Assembly (NCBI GenBank): GCA_963666215.2
Contig: CAXWPL010000004.1
Coordinates: forward strand, 480,001-544,000
Direction: 5' to 3'
Length of the DNA: 64,000 nucleotides
Source of the DNA: Acidobacteriota bacterium
GTDB taxonomy: Bacteria; Acidobacteriota; UBA890; WLXD01
Part shown: piece by piece, positions 49,439 to 61,300 of the stretch
Layout: every line of letters begins with the position of its first letter
How positions within the stretch are numbered: the stretch's first letter is position 1
Program-made: the position numbers and the translations under genes
Notes under the pieces: generated by a model
What the model saw: the letters and a program-made list of their open reading frames with translations, nothing else
Database searches by the model: none
Told to the model about the DNA's origin: nothing

Positions 49439-52293
49439 TCACTCCGCCCGTAGCGACTCCACCGGATCGACGCTCAGGGCGCGGCGTGCCGGGACCCAGC
49501 TGGCAACGAGCGCCGTGGCCAGAACGATCGCGGACGCTGAGACGAGCGTAAGCGGATCGGTAGGTCGAACGCCGAACAGCAGCGACTGCAGCAGCCGACC
49601 TAGCAGTAGCGAAACCGCGATTCCGAGCGCCACGCCGCTGGCCACGTAGGTGAGTCCCGTCGCCAGCAGCCGGCGCAGCACACCTTGCGGTGCTGCGCCC
49701 AGCGCCAGCCGGATGCCGATCTCGCGCGTGCGCTGGGCGACGGCGTCGCGGCGATGACACCGTAGATGCCGACCGCGGCGAGCACCAGCGCCAGGACGGC
49801 GAAAGCCCCTATCAGCGTGGCGACGAAGCGCTGTTGCGAAACCGACCCCGACACCAGGCCGCTCAGCGTGACGATGTCTTCAATTGGCTGATCGGGATCG
49901 ACCTCCCAGACCGCAGCCTGGATCTGAGTGAGCAGGCTGGCGGGATCGCCGGCCGTGCGAACAATGAGACTTTGGCCGCTTCGAGTCCATTGCGACAACG
50001 GCGTGTAGACCACCGCCGCCGTGCTCTCGTCGAGGCTCGCCTGCCGCACATCGCCAACAACGCCGACCACCTCGAGCTCTCCGTTGCCGACGGTGATGCG
50101 CTCGCCAACGGGGTCGCTGCCGGGCCAATGGCGCTCGGCGAGTGTTCGGTTGACGATACCCACCGGGGAGCCGCCGCGGATGTCGAGCGTGTTGTCGAAG
50201 TCTCTGCCGGCAATCCATTCGATGCCCATCGCGTCGAAGAAGCCGGGCCCGATGAATCGAGCCACAGCCTGTGGCTCCTGTCCCTCAGGCGGAGCCTCTT
50301 GCCCCACGACCGTGAAGCGAAAGTCCTCGCCTTGGAAGGTGTCGGGCGCCAGCGGCAGCGGTCGGCCCACGGCCGCGGCGCGAACGCCCGGAACGGCGCG
50401 GACACTCGCCACCACCTCCTCGAAGAAGGGGATGATCTCCTCCGACGTGTCGTACTTGTAGCCGGGGGCCTGGATGCGCATCGTGACCGTCTGCTCCGTG
50501 TTGAAGCCGGGGTCGACCGCCATGAGCTCGTTCAGGCTGCGCAGCAGGAGTCCAGCGCCGACGACGAGAACCAGGACCAGAGTCGCCTCGGCGACCACCA
50601 GGAGGCCGCGTAGCCGACGACCCTCCGGGCCATCGCTGTTGCCGCGAGCCGACTGCCCGATCGCACCCGCGAGCCTGCTGCGCGAGGCCCGCCACGCCGG
50701 GGCGAGGCCGAAGAGCAGGCCCGTGAGCAACGAGATCGCCAGGGTGAAGCCGAGCACTCCGGAGTCGACCGACACTGTCTCGAGACGGGGAATATCAGCC
50801 GGCGCCAGCGCTACCAGCGCTCGTACGGCCAGCTGAGCGAGCCCGATGCCGAACAAGCCGCCCAGAACGGCCAGGGCCGTGCTTTCTGTCAAGAGCTGGC
50901 GTACGAGCCGCCCGCTGCTGGCCCCCAGGGCGCTGCGAATCGAGAACTCACGAGCTCTGTCTTGCGATCGCACCAGCATCAGGTTGGCGATGTTGACGCA
51001 GCAGATCAGCAGAACGGCGCCCACCGCACCGAGCAGCGTCAGCAGCGTCGTGCGGACGTCGTCCACCATGTTCGATTGCAGCGGCTCCACGGTGACCGCC
51101 GTAAGGCCTTCGTTCGCTTCGGGGAACTCCTGGGCCAATCCGGCGGCTACAACCGTGAGGTCGGCGCGCGCCTCTTCAATCGTGACACCCGGATTCAGTC
51201 GCCCCACGGCGCTGAGCCAACGCACGAAGCGTCGTCGAGGCACACCGTCGTCGGGAATCAGCGACAGCGAAGCCCAGAGCTCGCCGGTTTCCGCAGGGTA
51301 CGTGAAGCTCGGAGGCATCACTCCGACAATCACGAACGGCGACCCGCTGAGACTCACGGTGGTGCCGATAACAGCCGGATCGGCGTTGAACCGCCGCTGC
51401 CAAGCGCGATGACTGAGCACCACCACGGCGTTGTCACCTTCTACGTGATCGGCCGCCTGCAATGTCCGGCCGAGCGTCGCCTCAACGCCGAAGGTTGCGA
51501 AGAAGCCCTCCCAGACGTAGTTCACCTCGACCTCTTCGGGCCGCGCGCCACCGGTCATCACCAGGCCGCCGAGCGACACATTCGGAACCGCGGTCAGGTG
51601 CTCGAGCGTCGTCGTACGCTCGCGCCAGTCGGCCAGATCGATTGGCGAGGTCGTGCCATGCAGAGCGTCGCGATCGGGATAGGCCGACCACAAGCGCACC
51701 AGGCGCTCCGGCTCGGCGAACGGCAGCGGCCGCAGGAGCACTGCGTTGACGACGCTGAATATGGCCGAGTTGGCCCCGATTCCGAGCGCCAGCGTTGCGA
51801 TCACCATCGCGGCGAAGAGCGGTTGGTGAACCAGCGACCGCAAGCCGTAGCGGACATCCTTCATGAAGGGCTGCACGAGATTACCTCGACTGGGGAGACG
51901 AGAGGGGTTGGAACCATTGGACGAGAGACCGACGCGACCGCGACTCGGCGACCCCGAAGGGGGAGCAAGTGCACGACTCGAAGCGCCCGGGCGAGACCCG
52001 CGCCGGAGCTCACGCCAGCTTTCCTGCTGAACGTCCTGGCCGCCGCCTTCGCTCGCCGCCAACCACGAGGTCGCGAGCTCAGCGGCATCTCCAAATCGTT
52101 CGATCGCCTGCCGCGCCGCCAGGTCGGTGGAGATGCCTTCGCCTTCGAGGTCCCGCATGGAGTCGAGGAGGTGATCGGTGGCCTGCTGCAGCAGCAGCTC
52201 GCACGTCCCATCGGAGGAGTCCCCCGGCGGGCGCCGGAGCTCACGTTCGAGCCGGCCGACGTAGTTCGAGATGCTGGGGTGTTGTGCGCTCAT
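49439..52293 (-). pseudogene. ADOP-type ABC permease with N-terminal prefix domain, one late frameshift
   Basis: DHLLDS...QAIERFGD prefix, [14 protein letters not shown]; frameshift near 49748 before [14 protein letters not shown]. Confidence 0.85.
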
Positions 52294-52354
52294 CGGCGTC
52301 CGCCCCACAGTTGTAGATCTGCCGCGGGACGCCCCGCCTCGCCAGGGTCGCGCA

Positions 52355-52675
52355 CTATGTCTGCTCCACCACACTCGACATCGCGCCGGAGAAGGCCAGC
52401 CATTCGTCGCGGGCAGAGGCCAACTCGCGTTCGCCGGCCGGCGTCAGGGTGTACACGCGACGACGACGGCCACCGACCCGTGCCCAGTTGCTGGCGAGCG
52501 AACCGGCGACCTCCAAACGTCGGAGGGCCGGGTAGATGGTGCCTTCGGCGAGATCGAAGGTCCCGCCGCTACGGCGCCTCAATTCCTGGATGATGGCGTA
52601 GCCGTGACCCGGCACGCCTTCGAGAGACGCGAGCAACAGCAGATTGACATGGCCCTTCAGCTTTTCTTTGTTCAT
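52355..52675 (-). CDS. PadR family transcriptional regulator
   Basis: [38 protein letters not shown]. Confidence 0.93.
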   Translation of the reverse strand: MNKEKLKGHVNLLLLASLEGVPGHGYAIIQELRRRSGGTFDLAEGTIYPALRRLEVAGSLASNWARVGGRRRRVYTLTPAGERELASARDEWLAFSGAMSSVVEQT

Positions 52676-52688
52676 GCATCGCAACCCT

Positions 52689-52709
52689 ATACATCGTTTT
52701 ACAATGTAT
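52689..52709. promoter_or_regulatory. Putative PadR operator
   Basis: ATACAT-N9-ATGTAT palindrome just upstream of the padR start. Confidence 0.6.
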
Positions 52710-52739
52710 CAAGTCATCGCCAACCTTTTGTCCGCCTGG

Positions 52740-52912
52740 CCTCGCGACGTGGTGTGCCACGCCAGTGCGTGGGATATAGGCGACGGTGAGGACTACCGCA
52801 TCAAGATGTGCATCGATCGCAACGCCTACGATTTCAGCACCATCCACCACGAGCTCGGCCACAACTTCTACCAGCGGGCCTACAAGGATCAGCCCTACCT
52901 GCTGCAGGGCGG
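52740..52912 (+). pseudogene. Isolated fragment of an M2 (ACE-like) peptidyl-dipeptidase
   Basis: VVCHASAWD...RIKMC...[13 protein letters not shown]...QPYL, the ACE active-site segment only. Confidence 0.8.
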
Positions 52913-53037
52913 CGTGGTAGAGACCCGCAAAGCGGGGCGCTACCAGAGAGGTGGGGGCTGGGGCCAAATGCCGAGCCGCAAGGCTCGGGATCTTGGCGGC
53001 CCTGGTAGGGGCTGTGCCGTGCAGAGCCCCGCAATCG

Positions 53038-53475
53038 CTACTTGGCGGCGAGCTCGCTGATCGGCCAGTAGAGCGAGATGCCTTGGCGCTGAAGTCGCCG
53101 GGCGAACGTTTTGTCGAAGGTCGCCACAGAGTCGTGAGCGCCGGTCTCGGCAACGGCGGCCAAGCATGCGTCGGTGAAGTCGGAGTAAATCCGCGGCCAG
53201 CCATCCAGAACGAGCGACCAGCGCAAATGGTCTTCAGGCAATAGACCACGCCAGGCCAACAAGCGGCGAAGCCTGTCGGCGATCTCGGCGCTCGGTCGGC
53301 GGTAGAGGGCACGCAATACGTAGACGAGCTCCGCGACGACGCACTGGTGCAGAACAAGCGTGCATCCCGAACGGGCGCTGGTGTCGAATAGATCCTTGGC
53401 GAGCCGCTGCTGCCGCAAGTCTCGCTTGATGAGGAACGAAACCAGCACGTTCGTATCGACAACGATCGACGTCAT
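53038..53475 (-). CDS. PIN-domain toxin
   Basis: [27 protein letters not shown]. Confidence 0.88.
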   Translation of the reverse strand: MTSIVVDTNVLVSFLIKRDLRQQRLAKDLFDTSARSGCTLVLHQCVVAELVYVLRALYRRPSAEIADRLRRLLAWRGLLPEDHLRWSLVLDGWPRIYSDFTDACLAAVAETGAHDSVATFDKTFARRLQRQGISLYWPISELAAK

Positions 53476-53717
53476 GCCCCTTCGCGCCCTCGCAGCTCTC
53501 GCGCAAGACGCACGGCCTCGACCGGGTCGGGAGCGTCATCGGCTACCTGAATCGATCCCATCAAGCTCGATAACTCGGTGCTCGCCAGGTAGACGCGTAC
53601 GAACCCGTCTTCGAATTCCCACTTGAGCTCGTCGCCGTGGCTGAGTCCGAGCCTCTCGCGCACCGCTTTGGGCACGGTGGTCTGATACTTACTCGTGATC
53701 TTCGAGCTGACGATCAT
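53472..53717 (-). CDS. AbrB/MazE/SpoVT family antitoxin
   Basis: SKITSKYQTTVPKAVRERLGLSHGDEL; AAGGAGG RBS. Confidence 0.9.
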   Translation of the reverse strand: MIVSSKITSKYQTTVPKAVRERLGLSHGDELKWEFEDGFVRVYLASTELSSLMGSIQVADDAPDPVEAVRLARELRGREGA

Positions 53718-53724
53718 CGCGTCC

Positions 53725-53753
53725 TCCTTACGAAATCGTAGCATTCGTAAGGA
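53725..53753. promoter_or_regulatory. TA operator overlapping the RBS
   Basis: Perfect TCCTTACGAA-N9-TTCGTAAGGA. Confidence 0.7.
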
Positions 53754-53862
53754 TTTCCAGTGACCATCGTCCAGCGCAGCGCCCATAACTGAATGAGACG
53801 GGTGCGGCCGTAGCGTTTCCTTCGGCCGGGATGGCTCACAGCCGCAGGATCGCTCCAGGACG

Positions 53863-54277
53863 TCAGCGAATGCTGGCATCCTCCTTGATTCGCGCCATGT
53901 TGAGGTCGATCGACGCGCCGCCCTGCGACCAGACGCCGTGGATGTTGTCGCCGTTTTCCTGGAGCGTGCCCTCGTAGCTGGCGGCCATGTTCGAAAGACC
54001 GAGCATCAGCTTGTCGGCTTCGAAGCTCGCGCTCGAGAAGGGGATGCCCATCGCACCCTGCCTGGGGCTGTCGAGACTCGCTGACAACGCTCCGTCGTCA
54101 GCGACCGATAACCGGCAGCGGCTGGCCGCCCGCGCTGATATCACCCTCCCAGTCGCCGGCGATGTGGTGGTCGGCGACGATTGCCGCCGGCTCGCCATAG
54201 ACGTTGTAGACCACTGAGACGATCAATCCGGTAACGAGAACGACGAGAAGGAAGGCTCGAGTCTTGCTGCAACACAT
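53863..54277 (-). pseudogene. Small secreted protein (GxWxG beta-domain), frameshifted
   Basis: Signal peptide plus IAGDWEGDI in one frame; LDSPRQGAMGIP...GVWSQGG in another, with the shift near 54110. Confidence 0.6.
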
Positions 54278-54369
54278 GACGATGCACCTCGTGAGATCTG
54301 AAGAGAGCGGATCCGGAGCTTCAGGAAGCTCGTTGCTAGTCCGAGGTATGCCGGGCAGGCGAAGAGTAT

Positions 54370-55592
54370 TCAGGGTGCCGTCGCTAAAATCTGCAGGGCC
54401 GCGTCGATGTCGCCGTCGGTGTGGTCGGCGTTGATCTGAAAGCGGATCTCTTCGTCACCGCGCGGCACCACCGGATAGGCCAGGCCGGTGGCGAGCACAC
54501 CGTTGTCGTAGAGGTGCCGGACCAGCGCGTGGGTACGCTCCGTGTCGCGGAGGACCAGCGGTACAACGGGATGGTCTCCGGGAATCGTCTCGAAGCCGGC
54601 GTGGCGCAGTCCGCTGTCGAATCGCTGTGTCAGGGCTCGCAGGCGGGCGAGCAACGCCCGGCCCTCTTCGGAGTCGACCAGGTCCAGGGAGGCGATTGCC
54701 GCCTGAGTCTCGCCGACGGTGATCGGGTTGGAGTAGATGTACATCGGCGCGCTCTCGCGCAGGAAGCGCGTCAGCGACGCCGAGCCCACGACGTAGCCAC
54801 CGTTGACGCCGAACGCCTTGCCGAGCGTCCCCACCAGCACGTCGGCGGGCGGCGCTCCGGTGTACTCCTCGGTACCGCGGCCGGTTTCGCCGAACGCGCC
54901 CACACCATGCGAATCGTCGACGATAACAACCAGGTTCTGGTCGAAGTCGGAGTCGTGGCGCCGGCAAACCTCCATCAGCTCGGCGAGCGGCGCGTGGTCG
55001 CCTCGCATCGAGAAGATCCCGTCGGTGATGACGATGGCCCGCTTTGCCTTACCTTTCGCGTCTTCGATCGCGCGCTCCAGACCGGCCATATCGTTGTGCG
55101 AGTAGATGGCCTTGCTGAGCGGCCGGGCCATCCGCGCCGCCATGATGATGCAGTTGTGATTGAGCTCGTCGGAGATCAGAGCTGTCTCTTTGGTAACCAG
55201 TGGGCCGAGTGTTCCCATGACGGCGACGTAGGCCGCCGAGAAAATCATGCCGGCCTCGCGCGAGTGAAACGCCGCAAGTCGACGCTCGAGCTCGAGATGC
55301 GGTGCGTAGGTTCCGCTGATGAAACGCACTGCGCCCGGGCCGGCGCCAAATGCCACGGTCCCCTCCTCCTCGGCCTTGCGTATGCGCGATCGTAATCCCA
55401 GTCCGAGGTACGAGTTGGAGTTCATTCGAATGAAGCGGCGGTCGCCTTCGCCCAGCAGCTCGAAGCGCGGACCACGATCGCCCTCGGGCGGATGAACGGC
55501 GGTGACAACGGTCTCGGCACCCTTGCGGTGCCAGCCGCCTCGAGCCCGGCGACATGGGCAGCGAGCACGGGGTCGAGACGATCGATCGGCAT
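54370..55592 (-). pseudogene. kbl: Glycine C-acetyltransferase / class II aminotransferase, 1-nt frameshift near the N-terminus
   Basis: NSNSYLGL, VRFISGT, DELNHNCII, DGIFSMRG, DDSHG, TLGKA; MPIDRLD start is out of frame at about 55525. Confidence 0.8.
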
Positions 55593-55656
55593 GCCAAACC
55601 TCTCTTGGGTAATGAAACGTGCCGTCGTGCGGCGTCTCCGGAGTCTATCGAGCCGG

Positions 55657-57732
55657 TTACAACGCCGCGTTCTGCAACTCGTGGCGGCCCGCGAAATACT
55701 CCAACGCCTCGGGGTTGGCGAGTGCTTCCCGATTCTTCACCGGGCGACCGTGGACGACCTCCCGCACCGCCAGCTCGACAATCTTGCCGCTCTTGGTACG
55801 CGGAATGTCGGCAACCTCGACAACGACAGCCGGGACGTGGCGCGGGCTGCAACCGTCGCGAATCGCGCGCTTGATCTTGCCAACCAGCGCATCGTCGAGC
55901 GACGCGTCGGCAACAGCCAGCTTCACGAACAACACAATACGGACGTCGTCGTCCCACTCCTGTCCGATAGCGATTGCCTCTTCGACCTCGGGCAGAAGCT
56001 CGACCTGGCGGTAGATCTCGGCGGTTCCAATGCGCACGCCGCCGGGATTGAGGGTGGCGTCGGAACGCCCATAGATGATCACGCCGGCACCCGCGGCATG
56101 CTCTTCATGGGAAACCAGCTCGATGAAGTCGCCGTGATGCCAGATCCCGGGATAGCGCTCGAAGTAGGCGGCACGGTAGCGGCTGCCGTCCGGATCGTTC
56201 CAGAACTCGATGGGCATCGACGGAAACGGTCGCGTGCACACCAGCTCGCCCTTCTCACCGCGGAGAGAAGCGCCCTCGTCGTCGAATACGTCCACAGCCA
56301 TGCCGAGCGAGCGCGACTGGATCTCACCACGCCAAACAGGGCCGATCGGGTTGCCACCCACAAAACAGCCGACGATGTCGGTACCGCCGGCGATTGACGA
56401 CAAACAAACGTCCGACTTGATGTGCCCGTAGACGTAGTCGAACCCTTCCGGCGCAAGTGGCGAGCCCGTCGAGGCCATCGTCCGGAGCGTCTCGAGCCGA
56501 TGAGTCTCGCGTGGACCCGCTCCGGCGCCGAGCTGGTTGCCGAGCGCGTCGATGTACTTCGCCGAGGTGCCGAAGAACGTCATCCCTTCGGCGTCGGCGT
56601 AGTCAAAGAGAACGGTCGGCGTCGGCCAGAAGGGATTGCCGTCGTAGAGCAGCAGCGTCGCTCCGCTGGCCAACCCTGAAGCCAGCCAGTTCCACATCAT
56701 CCAACCGCAGGTGGTGAAGTAGAAAACGCGGTCTCCCGGGCGCATATCGCACATGAGCCGATGTTCGTAGAGATGCTTGAGCAGTGTGCCGCCGGCGCCG
56801 TGGACGATGCACTTCGGCGGCCCGGTGGTACCCGACGAGAACAGGATATAGAGCGGGTGGTTGAAGGGCAGTCGCGAGAAGGGCAGCGGCGCTGGGCCGA
56901 TGTCGTGGAGCATGCGCTCGAGCGAGCCCACTTCAACCCCCGGCAGCGCTTCCTGGAGCGCCCCGACGTCCACATCGTCGCCTGCGTAGCCGGCCACCAG
57001 AACAACATCGAGACTCGGCAGCCGCGCGGCGAACCGCGCCACACGCTCCAGCGAGTCGATCCACTTGGCCTTGTAGAAATAACCATCAGCGCACAGCAGA
57101 GCCTTAGGCTCGATCTGGCCGAATCGATCGAGCACACCGTCAACGCCGAAGTCGGGCGAGCTGGACGACCACACCGCCCCCAGCGACGCTGTCGCTAGCA
57201 TGCCGACGATGGCTTCGGGAATGTTCGGCAGGAAGGCGGCTACGCGGTCGCCCTCCCCGACACCGTGATCGGACAGCACACGCGCAAGGCGCGCTGTGCG
57301 ATCACGGAGCTGCTCCCAGCTGAGCCGACGACGGACAGCGTCCTCACCCCAGAACACGATCGCATCGCCATGCGCCTGATCGCCCTCGCCGGAGCCGCCA
57401 GAATCGGCAGAATCGGCAGAATCTTCGCGACGACTCCCGAGCGCCGCGCCCCGCAGCAGATTCTCGGCGAAGTTGAGGCGGCCGTCGGGAAAAAAGGTCG
57501 CGCCGGGCATCCGATCGCCATCCTGGAGAACGGTGCCGCCAGAATCGCCAATCACGTCACAGAAGTCCCAGATCGACGTCCAGAACGATTCGACATGGTC
57601 GCACGACCAACGATAGAGGGCCGAAGCGTTCCCGAGTGAAACGTTCCAGCGGTCTTCTACGTACTTCAAGAACGCCGTTAGATTGGCGCGCCGCACACGC
57701 TCGGCCGACGGTCGCCAGATGGGTTCGTTCAT
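55657..57732 (-). CDS. Acetoacetate--CoA ligase
   Basis: [55 protein letters not shown]. Confidence 0.93.
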   Translation of the reverse strand: MNEPIWRPSAERVRRANLTAFLKYVEDRWNVSLGNASALYRWSCDHVESFWTSIWDFCDVIGDSGGTVLQDGDRMPGATFFPDGRLNFAENLLRGAALGSRREDSADSADSGGSGEGDQAHGDAIVFWGEDAVRRRLSWEQLRDRTARLARVLSDHGVGEGDRVAAFLPNIPEAIVGMLATASLGAVWSSSSPDFGVDGVLDRFGQIEPKALLCADGYFYKAKWIDSLERVARFAARLPSLDVVLVAGYAGDDVDVGALQEALPGVEVGSLERMLHDIGPAPLPFSRLPFNHPLYILFSSGTTGPPKCIVHGAGGTLLKHLYEHRLMCDMRPGDRVFYFTTCGWMMWNWLASGLASGATLLLYDGNPFWPTPTVLFDYADAEGMTFFGTSAKYIDALGNQLGAGAGPRETHRLETLRTMASTGSPLAPEGFDYVYGHIKSDVCLSSIAGGTDIVGCFVGGNPIGPVWRGEIQSRSLGMAVDVFDDEGASLRGEKGELVCTRPFPSMPIEFWNDPDGSRYRAAYFERYPGIWHHGDFIELVSHEEHAAGAGVIIYGRSDATLNPGGVRIGTAEIYRQVELLPEVEEAIAIGQEWDDDVRIVLFVKLAVADASLDDALVGKIKRAIRDGCSPRHVPAVVVEVADIPRTKSGKIVELAVREVVHGRPVKNREALANPEALEYFAGRHELQNAAL

Positions 57733-57904
57733 GCCGGACTCGCCGCTCAGACAAGGACAGGACAAAATGGGTACACGCAGCTGGTTCAGGAATTCTAAAC
57801 TTCTTGCTGCAGCACCTGCCGCAGTCGTGGCGACCACCCGGGCACCTAGAGCCTCCGGGCGGCCGAGCGGCTCGACGCCTCCATCCCCTACTTCGAGAAA
57901 CAAC

Positions 57905-58174
57905 GTGTCTGACGCCCCGAATCTCCACCGAGGCCACGCCGCGCTGCTGCGCGTGGTCAACGAACAGAGCGGCAAGCTTGCCGTCATCAAGGGCGGCACG
58001 GTCCAGATCGGATCCGCCGCGCAAGACTTCCTGATTGGCTGGTACGAAGACCTCAAGCGCATCGGCCTCGTAGCCGCACAAGAAGAGCAAGGCCGCCACG
58101 GCGGCGTGGTGCTCGGCGAGCGAGTCTCGCTGACCGCGGCTGGCACCGAGCGTCTGGCGGCGATCCCCGGCTAG
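57905..58174 (+). CDS. Small hypothetical protein, winged-helix-like tail
   Basis: Coding-like codon pattern; DLKRIGLV...[10 protein letters not shown]; start uncertain. Confidence 0.55.
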   Translation: MSDAPNLHRGHAALLRVVNEQSGKLAVIKGGTVQIGSAAQDFLIGWYEDLKRIGLVAAQEEQGRHGGVVLGERVSLTAAGTERLAAIPG

Positions 58175-58343
58175 TCCCGGCAGTCCTGCCTGTCCCGGCG
58201 CTTCCGGCGCTGGCGCTCGTCACCGACGGGCGGGCTCTTGTTGTGCCCGCAAGCCCGCCTCAGTAGGCTCTCCGGCTGCCCAGATTGACTGGTGCCGCTG
58301 GTCCACCGCGACCCGCGTTTCGGCCGCAACAAGGAGAGTCTCG

Positions 58344-61300
58344 ATGCGTTGGTGTGCCCGCTCCCGTCCTGCCCTGTGCTCGTCGATCGCGTTGATCCTG
58401 CTCCCATTGCTGACGCTGTTGAGCAGCGTGCCACCGGCAATCGCGACCAGCGCGAGCGCTCAGACCCGATCCGACTCCAGCCTGGCCGCGGACGCACTCG
58501 GCGGACTGCGCTGGCGCTCGATAGGACCGGCGATCATGGGCGGACGTACGGTCGACATCGCGGGCATCCCGGGCGATCCGTCGACGGTCTACATGGCGAC
58601 GGCGTCCGGCGGCCTGTTCAAGACCAACAACAACGGCACGACGTGGCGTAGCGTCTTCGAGAGCGGCGGCACGCTGTCGCTCGGCGCTGTTGCCGTAGCG
58701 CCGTCGGACCCCAACGTCGTCTACATCGGCACCGGCGAGAACAACCCACGCAACAGCGCCTCGATTGGTAACGGTGTGTACCGCTCCGACGACGCCGGCG
58801 AGACCTGGCGTCACCTCGGGCTCGAGAACACCGAAAAAACGGGCCGCATCCGCGTCCATCCCACCGATCCCGACACGGTCTACGTGGCGGCCCTCGGCCA
58901 CGAGTGGGGAGCCAACGAGGAGCGCGGCGTTTACCGTAGCCGCGACGGCGGAGCATCGTGGGACCGGGTGCTGTTCGTCAACGCCGACACGGGCGCCGCC
59001 GACCTGGCGATGGATCCCGGCAACCCGCGGATTCTCTACGCCGGGATGTACGACTTCCGACGCCAGCCCTGGAGCTTCCGCTCGGGCGGCCCGGGCAGCG
59101 GGCTTTACCGCTCGAGTGACGGCGGCGACAGCTGGACCCGACTCACCGATGACGCCCTCGGCAATGGACTGCCGACCGGCGTTCTCGGGCGAATCGGTGT
59201 AGCGGTCGCGCCCTCAGATGCGAGCGTAGTCTACGCCATTATCGAGGCCGAGCGCGGCGTCATGTGGCGCTCCGACGATCGGGGCCGATCGTGGCGCATG
59301 GTCACCGAGGACAAGACGGTGCACTCGCGGCCGTTCTACTTCAGCGACATCCGCGTGGATCCGCAGAACGAGAATCGGGTTTACCTGCTGGAGGGGCGCC
59401 TGCAAGTAACGGAAGATGCCGGCGCCACATGGAGGCCGACAGCGCAGACCGTCCACGGTGACCATCAGTCGTTGTGGATCGATCCACAGGACCCGCGCCG
59501 GCTCATCAATGGCAACGACGGCGGTTGGGCCTTCTCCTACGACCGCGGCGCCACATGGGAGTTCGTCAACTCCATACCGATCGGCCAGTTCTACCAAATC
59601 TCGGCCGATATGCGCGATCCGTACGACGTCTGTGGCGGACTGCAGGACAACCATGTGTGGTGCGGCCCGAGCAACAGCCTGACGACGCTCGGCATTCTGA
59701 ACGGCCACTGGGAGCGCATCCATCCGGGCGGCGACGGCTACTACGTGCAGGCCGACCCCGACAACCCCGACCTCGTCTACACGAACTCGCACTACGGCAA
59801 CATCGTGACGTTCGACCGCTCCAACGGCCACACCCGCGCGATCCACCCCTATCCGGTCAACCTGCGCGGCGCCGCGGCCGGCGAGCATCCGTTTCGCTTC
59901 AACTGGAACTCGCCCATCCAGATGTCGCCGCACGACTCGCAGACCGTCTACTTCGGCTCCAATGTGCTCTTTGGCACGCGTGACGGCGGCCAGTCGTGGG
60001 CGGAGCTGAGTCCTGACCTCAGCACCAACGACCCGGAGAAGATCCAGACCTCCGGCGGCCCGATTACCCCCGACAACACGTCGGCCGAGTATCACAGCAC
60101 GATCATCACGATCGCCGAATCGCCGCTCACCCCAGGCGTGATCTGGACGGGTACCGACGACGGCAACGTGCAGATCACACGCGACGGCGGCTCGAGCTGG
60201 ACCAACGTCGCCGGCAACATCACGGGGCTGCCACAGGCTGCCTGGATCTCGCGCGTCGAAGCCTCGCACCACCAACCCGGCACGGCCTACATCTCGGTTG
60301 ACCAGCACCGACTCGACGACCGCACCCCCTACGTCTTCAAGACGGCCGACTACGGCCGCACGTGGACGAGTATCGCGGGCGACCTACCGCCGAAGCACTA
60401 CGTGCACGTGGTGCGTGAAGACCCCCGCAACCCGGAGCTGCTCTACGTCGGAACCGAGCTCGGCATCTTCGCCAGCTTCTCGGGAGGTGGCGAGTGGACC
60501 TCACTGCGACGCAACCTTCCGCCGGTGGCCGTGCGCGACATGTTGATTCACCCGCGCGACAACGACCTGATTATCGGAACTCATGGCAGGAGCGCATGGA
60601 TTCTCGATGATCTGACCCCGCTGCAGGACCTCACCGACGCCATGGCAGCCGACGCCTGGCTGTTCGAGCCGCCGCTGGCGACGCGCTGGGTGATTTGGAA
60701 CAAGGATCACTCCGGCTATCCGGGCCAGCGCTGGCTCGGCGACCAGACGTTCTATGGGGAAGATCCTCCCTACGGGGCTTCGATCAGCTACTACCTGAGC
60801 GCCGAGCAGGCAGCACGACTGGCAGTGCCAGAGCCCGCCAGCAGCGCCTCTCCGGCGACAGGCGGCGACGGCGAGAGCTACTCAGCGGGGATCCCGAAAG
60901 CGGAAATCAAGATCGCGATCCGAGATCTCGACGGCAACACCGTTCGCACCTTCAGTGGCCCCGCCGAGCCCGGGATCAACCGCGCCGTCTGGGATCTGCG
61001 TCACGATCCGCTGCCAGCACCCGAGGGCACGGCGGCGATCGGCTTCGGCGAGGCCGGCGCTCCTTTGGCGCTTGCCGGTACCTACAGCGTTGGGCTCGAG
61101 CTCGATGGCACGGGTCGGCGATCGGCGTCGTTCGAAGTTCGAATCGATCCTCGCGTCGAAGTTAGCGACGCCGACCTGCTGGAGCTGCACAACGCAGTGA
61201 CCCGCCTGACCCAGATGGAAGGTCGGGCGATGGACGCGCTGCAAACAATCGAGCTGCTGAGCGAACGACTGGCGACTGTGGGCGAGCGCTTGACCGACAA

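Noticed and set aside
57733-58146. N-terminal extension of the acetoacetate-CoA ligase to 829 aa
   Set aside because: Family similarity starts at MNEPIWRPS; the extension overlaps a plausible plus-strand ORF
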